Shown: positions 57,421 to 64,000 of the stretch, piece by piece
Layout of the letters: every line of letters begins with the position of its first letter
Numbering within the stretch: position 1 is the first letter of the stretch
DNA from: Candidatus Moraniibacteriota bacterium
GTDB taxonomy: Bacteria > Patescibacteriota > Minisyncoccia > Moranbacterales > UBA1568
Assembly: GCA_016699875.1 (NCBI GenBank)
Contig: CP064989.1
Coordinates: 252,326 to 316,325 of the forward strand
Reading direction: 5' to 3'
Length of the DNA: 64,000 bases
Made by a program: the position numbers and the translations under genes
Notes under the pieces: model-generated
Databases searched by the model: none
What the model saw: the letters and a program-made list of their open reading frames with translations, nothing else
Told to the model about the DNA's origin: nothing

Positions 57421-58827
57421 TCACAGCTCCTCCCACAAATCTATGAGGTATTGCTTTCCGGTTGGAAAATACGGCGGTGGAGAGATCGAGAGATTCTCAT
57501 CAAAATGCAGTTCGCGATCTTGATATCCGGTACCATTCGTATATCCGAATCCGATACGACCTTTTGAGGCAATAGCACCGAAAATAGTGATTTTATTCTT
57601 TGCATTCCCATAATTCGCTCGAGAAACGGATCCTTTCTGAGCGAGGAGTGCACCATTTATAGTAAGATTATCATCCGAATCATAGGGAAAATCTATTGAT
57701 CCCTCAGCAATAAACCCAATCGCTTCTGTGCCGCCTCCTCCGTTTTTATATTTCGTCCCACTGATAATATAGAGATTCGGATCGGTCCCATAAGCAAGAT
57801 CAGCCGCAACCAATGTCATTCGTTCCGAGTCAAACTGTTCACCTGCAAGGCTTCCAGACACACCCTTTCCGTCAAACCATACGGTATCTTCAACAAATAT
57901 CAGCCCATTCGAGGGATAGTTACTGGAAACTTTTGAAGAGTTATCAACCTTAGTAATCGTATTTCGACTACTGTTGATTGTCTTCACTTTGACAATTTCA
58001 TATCCAGTCGGCTTAAATTCAATAAGATATCCGAATTGTCCGCTCGGACCATAGTAGTGCGCAGCCGATCCGCTATTCTGCGCAACATCCTTCATATACG
58101 AAAGATCAGCGGTCACGCTATTGAAATCAACCGTCGTAACCGGAAAGGTTTTCCCTCCGAGAAAAACAAGATTGCTTAGTGTGCTATTATACGGATCCGA
58201 TCCTGACCAATCACCTGACCAGACACCCGGACGCTCGCAGCTATTCACCGTTCCCGTATCAGGATCGTCATAACAGGTCACGCCAGCCGTCACCACATTG
58301 TGCGCCACACCGTCGAACCGAATACCGCCATTGCCATGCATCGGACCAAAGATCTCCGTCGTCTTACTTAACCGAAAAGGATCGTTTCCGAGAATCATGT
58401 ACTCGCTCCAACTCGGCCGACGAAATCGGACACGTATGGTGCGTGTGTGGCTCGGATATTTGTACGTCCACCCGGTCGATTCAATAGTAAAGAGCGTCGA
58501 ATTTGCCGCGGGCGGCGTCACGGTAATACGGTATTTTCCCAGTCCCTGAAAATCTCCCTCATAATCACTGTCGACGCCCAAAGGCGCCGGACTCGTCGAT
58601 TGCCAAAATTCATTAATCTGTTCGGTATTCTTTCCATCAAGCTCATGCGCAATATACCACCGATAGAAATGCGCACCTGCCTCTGCCACTTGAAGCGATT
58701 GCTCCCGAGAAACCACGAAGAGCCCGTACTGCAAATGCGACACGACATAGGAGATAACGCCGGCAAAAATAATCGTCGCTATCGTCGTCACGACAAGCAC
58801 AAATACCAGTCCCGACCCGCGAAGCAT
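57421..58827 (-). CDS. Large pilin-like / PilX-like minor pilin (prepilin-like N-terminus)
   Basis: MLRGSGLVFVLVVTTIATIIFAGV hydrophobic N-terminus after a Gly, then a large beta-rich Gly/Ser/Thr-rich ectodomain. Confidence 0.45.
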   Translation of the reverse strand: MLRGSGLVFVLVVTTIATIIFAGVISYVVSHLQYGLFVVSREQSLQVAEAGAHFYRWYIAHELDGKNTEQINEFWQSTSPAPLGVDSDYEGDFQGLGKYRITVTPPAANSTLFTIESTGWTYKYPSHTRTIRVRFRRPSWSEYMILGNDPFRLSKTTEIFGPMHGNGGIRFDGVAHNVVTAGVTCYDDPDTGTVNSCERPGVWSGDWSGSDPYNSTLSNLVFLGGKTFPVTTVDFNSVTADLSYMKDVAQNSGSAAHYYGPSGQFGYLIEFKPTGYEIVKVKTINSSRNTITKVDNSSKVSSNYPSNGLIFVEDTVWFDGKGVSGSLAGEQFDSERMTLVAADLAYGTDPNLYIISGTKYKNGGGGTEAIGFIAEGSIDFPYDSDDNLTINGALLAQKGSVSRANYGNAKNKITIFGAIASKGRIGFGYTNGTGYQDRELHFDENLSISPPPYFPTGKQYLIDLWEEL

Positions 58828-58887
58828 TGGCAACCGCCCTTGCCGCTCCTTGACACAACCATCCGAGAAAAAAGTCATAGGCATGTA

Positions 58888-59511
58888 TTATTTTCCCCAG
58901 AGATTTCGCAGGGAAGCAAATGATGAGATTTCAACCGCATTCGAACTTGCGGAATTGTTCGGGCTAACCATGATGGAAACATGTACCATGCGGACCGTCG
59001 AGAGCGTCGGGGTCGCTGAAAGCAACGTGTTGGCGCTGTCGTAATAGGAAAACACTGGTTCGGAAGCGTCGTTCACCACAGAAGAAGCGATAGCGGATAC
59101 CGAGTCGTCGCTTGCCGGATACGTTGGTGGCGTCGCCGTGGTCGGATCAGTAACGCCGTATTTGATCGTTTTCGGAGTTGTCGATTCATCATAGAACAGA
59201 TGAACACGTTCGATTTTCCCGTCATGATTCTCATCGGCGAAGAACGAAAACTCAGTAGCAGTCGCCCGCACAACAGGAAAAGATCCATCCGCGCCGGTTT
59301 GCGCATTTCTCATCAAATCCACCATGCCTTCGACACCGCGAGATGCCTCAAACGATGCCTGCCCGGTCCGCATGGTAAATGATTGTGTGCGCCATATGCT
59401 CGCCAAAAACGCTGACATGCCAAGCATCACGATCGACATAATGCCAATCGCCACGATAAGTTCCACCAAAGACATGCCCCGCAGAGACAAATAGTGCATA
59501 GCACGGTTCAC
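58888..59511 (-). CDS. Type IV pilin / pseudopilin (prepilin-type N-terminal cleavage and methylation domain)
   Basis: LRG/MSLVELIVAIGIMSIV has a G at -1 and an E at +5 (class III signal peptide). Confidence 0.7.
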   Translation of the reverse strand: MNRAMHYLSLRGMSLVELIVAIGIMSIVMLGMSAFLASIWRTQSFTMRTGQASFEASRGVEGMVDLMRNAQTGADGSFPVVRATATEFSFFADENHDGKIERVHLFYDESTTPKTIKYGVTDPTTATPPTYPASDDSVSAIASSVVNDASEPVFSYYDSANTLLSATPTLSTVRMVHVSIMVSPNNSASSNAVEISSFASLRNLWGK

Positions 59512-59533
59512 AGATAATCAAATTCCACACACA

Positions 59534-60925
59534 TCACATTGGAGAGAGCGTTACCGATTCCTCTGCCAATCCACTGGAAATCGTCGCAGTTCCATTTTCA
59601 TCATGATACCCGGTCGCTGTAATCTCGTAGGAATAGTCCTGAAGCAAAAGCACACTACCTTCATCATGTGGAAAATACACCTTGCCAAATTGATCAGTCG
59701 TTGACGTATGATCGTATCCGCTTGGGTCAAGCGGATCAAACAATCGAACCGAAGCATCTGGGACCGGTGACGTGCCATCTGTCACCGTGAAAAACACTCC
59801 GGGACGAGACATATCTATCGCCACCAACGAAAATTCGCTCGGCGTCCCGTCGGTACCAACAGAGACGGAAAACGCATCCGAAACAATAGCCGGATTGAGG
59901 CTCCAATAAGAATATGATGAAGGCGTTATCGATGGTCCGTCGACAAAATATGTTCCCGGAGGAGCGTCCGAAATCGACGTCTCTCCTGTTACAGATGTCG
60001 GGGAAAGCGAATATACCGGGCTATTGCCGTCCGAAGGATTAGTCCCCAAAAGCCGCCCGCCTGCAATCAAATAACTCACCGAATCCAACACATCTCCGGA
60101 AAGAACTTCCTTTGGCGAGAAAGTAATGGTATAGACTCTGTCCATCGCAAAAGACACGGTTTGCAACTGACCAGCAAGAATCGAGACGTGCTTATCAATC
60201 GGATCCAGCGTTGCTGTGGCATCGCGCGTCTCAACGGACTCGTATCCGGACTTCGAAAGTGTCACTTTATATCGCGGAGTAAGTTTTTCATCAAGCCCAA
60301 CAAACAAACAGCTGCCGCTTTCGGTAACGCACTGTGTTTGATCGCTACTATCAAGATCCGTCACCGTAACAGTGGCTGACGATACGCTGGCGCCGCTTGA
60401 ATCAGAAACATTCACCACCAAGTTGCCACCCCCGGCAATTGTCTCGATACCATCAGGAACAAAACGCGTTGATAAACGAACAGACTGTGAATCGTCTGAT
60501 CCCCACGACACCTCAACCGTCACTTTCTTTGAATCATTCGGAACTGTATCATTCGGAGATCCTCCCGCCGTCCCATCAAACGGGTCGTCGATATTCTGCA
60601 CAATAGTCTTCACAGTAAACGACGAGCCGGCGGAATTCACCGTCTTCTCTCGCTCGCTCGCCGGAAGCGTCCCACGAAGCGCCGTTGATGCTTCGTCTAC
60701 AAATCCAACGCTGGTGTATGCGATGTTGCGCAACTTCTCAAATTGCTCGTTCGCAACAGCAACTGCCGCCAACCGACGCTTCGAATCAAGCGCCAACCGA
60801 GCGCCATTCGAATACACCTCATAAAAAGACAGAGTGATGATCGAAAAAATAGCCAACATGACCAATCCCTCGATAATCGTCATGCCCTTCAGGGTTTTTC
60901 TGCAGGAAATCATGCGCACAATCAC
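59534..60925 (-). CDS. Large type IV pilin-like protein (463 aa) with a prepilin-type N-terminus
   Basis: KG/MTIIEGLVMLAIFSIITL has a G at -1 and an E at +5, followed by a long Ser/Thr/Asp-rich ectodomain. Confidence 0.65.
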   Translation of the reverse strand: MIVRMISCRKTLKGMTIIEGLVMLAIFSIITLSFYEVYSNGARLALDSKRRLAAVAVANEQFEKLRNIAYTSVGFVDEASTALRGTLPASEREKTVNSAGSSFTVKTIVQNIDDPFDGTAGGSPNDTVPNDSKKVTVEVSWGSDDSQSVRLSTRFVPDGIETIAGGGNLVVNVSDSSGASVSSATVTVTDLDSSDQTQCVTESGSCLFVGLDEKLTPRYKVTLSKSGYESVETRDATATLDPIDKHVSILAGQLQTVSFAMDRVYTITFSPKEVLSGDVLDSVSYLIAGGRLLGTNPSDGNSPVYSLSPTSVTGETSISDAPPGTYFVDGPSITPSSYSYWSLNPAIVSDAFSVSVGTDGTPSEFSLVAIDMSRPGVFFTVTDGTSPVPDASVRLFDPLDPSGYDHTSTTDQFGKVYFPHDEGSVLLLQDYSYEITATGYHDENGTATISSGLAEESVTLSPM

Positions 60926-60939
60926 ATGAAAAAGAAGGA

Positions 60940-62163
60940 TTACTTGATATTCTCAAGTACGCTATACATCGGCTGAAGCATGGCGACCGCGAAGAATCCG
61001 ACGCCGCCACCGATCAAGAGCATGAGAATCGGCTCAATAATAGACGACATGTTTTTCGTAATCTGAGACACTTCGTCTTCATAAAATGTCGCGAGTTTTT
61101 CCAAAACGGTTTCGGTCTTCCCGGTTTCTTCGCCGACAGCGATCATTTGCGGTACCAAAATTGGGAAAATTCTCGGATATCGTGAAATCACCACACTAAG
61201 CTCCGTCCCACGCTGTATTTCACCGATCGCTTGAGTAAGAGCATTTTTGTACGCGTCATTCGAAAGTACGCGAGACACAATGCCGAGTCCGTCAACCACG
61301 GAGACACCGCTTCGCAAGAGCGAGCTATAAATTCGCGAAAACCGCGCGCAGTTCACTTTAATCACAATATTCCCCACAATCGGCATATAGAGAAGAGAGA
61401 CGCTAAAAACACGCTTCCCTACTGCCGTCCCCAGAAAGATTTTCCCGGCAACAATCGCGCCGATCGTCAAAGCAATACTTGCTATATAATGCCCGCGCAG
61501 AAAATCACTGATACCGATAATAAAAAGTGTCATCGCCGGCAAATCCACGTCCATATCTTTGAACGTACCGATAATGCTCGGCAAGATATACGTAAGCATC
61601 AATACGGCAATGCCCACCATTGCCACCAAAATCACTGCCGGATAAATCAAAGCGCCCTTCACCTTGCTCGTGATATCGTGTTCTTTCTCCAATTGCGTTG
61701 CGAGTATTTCCAGGACCATCTCCAGGTTTCCGGACACCTCGCCCACATACACCATATTAACAAAGAGCTCATCGAATACTGCCGGGAATCGACCCATGCC
61801 CTCGGAAAGCGTCTTCCCTGTTTGAATATCGGCATGGATTGACTCAAGTATGCTTTGAAATTTCTTATTTTTGGTTTGCGTGCTCAAATTTTGAAGCGCG
61901 CGCGACATCGTGAGTCCCGACGATACCATGACCGCGAGATTCCGAGTAAACACCATCTTCTCTTTGAGAGACACCGAGGTGAATCTATCGAAAAACTTCA
62001 CGTGCACGCTCGATGCCTCCTCTTCAATCACCTTAATAGATGTCGGCACAAAATCCTCCGCAGCAAGCGCAGTTGCCACTCCTTTTTCATCTTTCGCAGT
62101 CAGTTCGCCGCCTTTCGACTCCCCTGTTTTGAGATTTTTTGCGGTATAGAGATACTTTGGCAT
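60940..62163 (-). CDS. pilC: Type IV pilus assembly platform protein PilC (GspF family)
   Basis: Two GspF repeats and three TM segments (EGMGRFPAVFDELFVNMVYVGEVSGNLE). Confidence 0.8.
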   Translation of the reverse strand: MPKYLYTAKNLKTGESKGGELTAKDEKGVATALAAEDFVPTSIKVIEEEASSVHVKFFDRFTSVSLKEKMVFTRNLAVMVSSGLTMSRALQNLSTQTKNKKFQSILESIHADIQTGKTLSEGMGRFPAVFDELFVNMVYVGEVSGNLEMVLEILATQLEKEHDITSKVKGALIYPAVILVAMVGIAVLMLTYILPSIIGTFKDMDVDLPAMTLFIIGISDFLRGHYIASIALTIGAIVAGKIFLGTAVGKRVFSVSLLYMPIVGNIVIKVNCARFSRIYSSLLRSGVSVVDGLGIVSRVLSNDAYKNALTQAIGEIQRGTELSVVISRYPRIFPILVPQMIAVGEETGKTETVLEKLATFYEDEVSQITKNMSSIIEPILMLLIGGGVGFFAVAMLQPMYSVLENIK

Positions 62164-62190
62164 AATGTTCCCGAGAAACACGTGCCGAAA

Positions 62191-63246
62191 TTATACCACA
62201 GTTTTATCAAATAATTTCAGATATTCTCCGTATCCTTTTTCCATCAACTGTTCCTTTGGCACAAAATGAAGCGCAGCTGAATTCATACAGTAGCGCTTCC
62301 CTCCCCGATCCGATGGACCATCATCGAAGACATGCCCCAAATGTGAATCCCCCTTTGCAGATCGTACTTCCGTCCGCACGGATGGAAGCGAAATATCATC
62401 CCGGAACAAAACCGCGTTCGAATCAATCGGCTTCACAAATGACGGCCACCCTGTCCCGGAGTCATACTTGTCTGTCGAGAGAAAGAGCGGCTCGCCGGAG
62501 ACGACATCAACATACAGTCCCTCGGCCTTGTTATCACAGTATTCATTTTCAAATGGACGCTCAGTGCCATTTTTCTGCGTTACCTCATACTGAATCGGTG
62601 AAAGTTTTTCGCGCAATTCTTTTTCCGGCGGTTTTTCACGAGAAGCTCCGTCCGACACCTGCCGAGATGATTTTGAAGAAAATTCATTCTGCTCCAACCC
62701 GGCGAGAAGATGCATCTTATCGCGATGCACCTCAATAAACGCCTCGCGCCCGGATCCTGTTCGATAGGCGCTATACCGTGCCGGGTTTTTCGAAGCGTAC
62801 CCTTGGTGGAATTCTTCCGCCCGCCAGAACCTCACGCGAGGCAATATGAGAAATGCCAGCGGTTTGTCGTAGATCTTTTTCTCCTCCACCTCGCGCACAA
62901 CTTCCCGAGCAATGCGCTTTTCTTCTTCAGTTTCAAAATAAATTGCCGGCGCATACTGCGCTCCGCGATCAGCAAACGACCCGCCCGCATCCGTCGGATC
63001 GCTGTAGAAAATAATGTGTTCAACCAAACTCCGATACGATGTCTTCGTCGGATCATATGTCACCTCCACCACTTCCCGATGCCCGCCCTCAGCATAGTTC
63101 TCATATGTCGGCGATTCCGTTGTCCCGCCCGCATACCCCGACTCCACTTTGAGAATCCCTGAGAGTTTCTCGAAATCCGCCTCCACACACCAAAAACACC
63201 CCCCGGCAAACATCGCGGTTTTATGCGATTGCAGAACGTTAACCAT
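62191..63246 (-). CDS. msrAB: Bifunctional peptide methionine sulfoxide reductase MsrA-MsrB
   Basis: MsrA active site [10 protein letters not shown]. The C-terminal MsrB has CxxC...CxxC and [11 protein letters not shown]. Start at MVNVLQ. Confidence 0.85.
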   Translation of the reverse strand: MVNVLQSHKTAMFAGGCFWCVEADFEKLSGILKVESGYAGGTTESPTYENYAEGGHREVVEVTYDPTKTSYRSLVEHIIFYSDPTDAGGSFADRGAQYAPAIYFETEEEKRIAREVVREVEEKKIYDKPLAFLILPRVRFWRAEEFHQGYASKNPARYSAYRTGSGREAFIEVHRDKMHLLAGLEQNEFSSKSSRQVSDGASREKPPEKELREKLSPIQYEVTQKNGTERPFENEYCDNKAEGLYVDVVSGEPLFLSTDKYDSGTGWPSFVKPIDSNAVLFRDDISLPSVRTEVRSAKGDSHLGHVFDDGPSDRGGKRYCMNSAALHFVPKEQLMEKGYGEYLKLFDKTVV

Positions 63247-63461
63247 AGGTATGGAAGAATGCTTTACGTTTATAGAATAACAGACTCTCCCAAAAGGAGA
63301 AAAATTCGACAGAAACAAAAACCAACCTTTAGTTAAGGCTGGAAAAATATCGCGCTGTTTTACTATTTTCTCGTATCCAGGCTTCCAAATTCCAGGACAT
63401 CCTCTGGAGAGAAAATTTGTAACACTTGGTACACGCTGGTTTTATTAATCATGCATTGCCA

Positions 63462-63581
63462 CTACTTTTTGCGTCGCAAACGCAATGCCGCGCCAGCAAC
63501 TGATTTCTCTTTCTTTCGAGATAAATCTTTCTGAAGCGACCGAGCAGCAATTTTAGCTACACGTTTCGATGTCCGTGCCAT
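63462..63581 (-). CDS. Small basic protein (39 aa) not in the supplied ORF track
   Basis: MARTSKRVAKIAARSLQKDLSRKKEKSVAGAALRLRRKK, with a strong SD (GGAGGTGA) 6 nt upstream. Confidence 0.35.
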   Translation of the reverse strand: MARTSKRVAKIAARSLQKDLSRKKEKSVAGAALRLRRKK

Positions 63582-63636
63582 ATCATCACCTCCTTTCTAA
63601 AAAACTTGTGAAGATCATATTTTACATGTCACAGCT

Positions 63637-64000
63637 TTACGATAGTGCCGCGGTTTCGATATCGCTCATGCGGCGGCGGAAGGATTCGAATATATGCGGG
63701 CCACGCGGATGCGGGAGAAAGATGAGTGCGTCATCCGTCGCCTCGATAATGCCCTCGGACGTATGCGTCTTGGGATTTGCGGCGATTTTCCGTTTCTGCA
63801 GACGACGAAGCAAGAACTCGATCCCGATACCCACCAAGAAGATTTCTCCGATCGCGCGTGAAAGCCTTGCTAACGGAGTATCGCGGAGCAACAGCGTATG
63901 CGGAAGACTCGCCACCCGAAAATGCGGACGAAACCGGCGCATCCATTCATTGGACGTCTGAAACTTTCGGAAGACCGCTTCACCGAAAAACGGGATGATA
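63637..64000 (-). CDS. Hypothetical protein, C-terminal part; the ORF continues past the window end
   Basis: No stop codon between the first Met (63942) and nt 64000 in this frame. Confidence 0.35.
   Translation of the reverse strand, partial: IIPFFGEAVFRKFQTSNEWMRRFRPHFRVASLPHTLLLRDTPLARLSRAIGEIFLVGIGIEFLLRRLQKRKIAANPKTHTSEGIIEATDDALIFLPHPRGPHIFESFRRRMSDIETAALS

Noticed and set aside
63569-63998. Plus-strand ORFs at the window end (63569..63961, 63777..63998)
   Set aside because: They overlap a longer minus-strand ORF that runs off the window, and have GC-rich Arg/Ser composition typical of shadow frames. No motif.

Overview
This 64 kb window reads as a gene-dense, mostly single-copy bacterial chromosome segment. 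It has short intergenic spacers, many small membrane or secreted proteins, a type IV pilus (T4P) cluster, a short HrcA and little metabolism. That gene content suggests a small-genome lineage, possibly CPR/Patescibacteria-like, but this is inference from content only. The recognisable core, in window order, is: a Clp ATPase C-terminus and comFC; a cell-envelope glycosylation cluster (flippase-like TM protein, GT4, ugd, GT2); a complete HrcA/CIRCE heat-shock operon (hrcA, a NUDIX-GrpE fusion, hsp20, dnaK) with a perfect CIRCE; yidD and a CorA-like gene; an ApbE plus heme-membrane-protein module with Ca-binding-repeat secreted proteins; a 559-aa protein with beta-carbonic-anhydrase zinc motifs; dedA and an eamA-type transporter; rplL-rplJ and rpsP; priA-def-fmt; an orphan groES with a degenerate CIRCE; htrA; a PurE-PurC fusion; a second MsrQ-like protein; a membrane GT2; an AT-rich island of small hypothetical genes carrying a duplicated promoter-like motif; a GH1 beta-glucosidase; a tRNA-Glu locus with a GIY-YIG insertion; tsaD, valS, a second hsp20 and a VanW-like gene; a tRNA-rich accessory stretch (Lys, Arg, His, Asp, Met, fMet, Ile, Ala) that includes a tRNA-Asp-anchored mini-island bounded by 57-bp direct repeats; an ABC exporter; a T4P cluster (pilC, pilins, pilM, pilN, pilO); and msrAB. 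I saw no rRNA, no CRISPR array and no transposase or integrase. Coordinates counted from the sequence by hand may be off by 1-2 nt.
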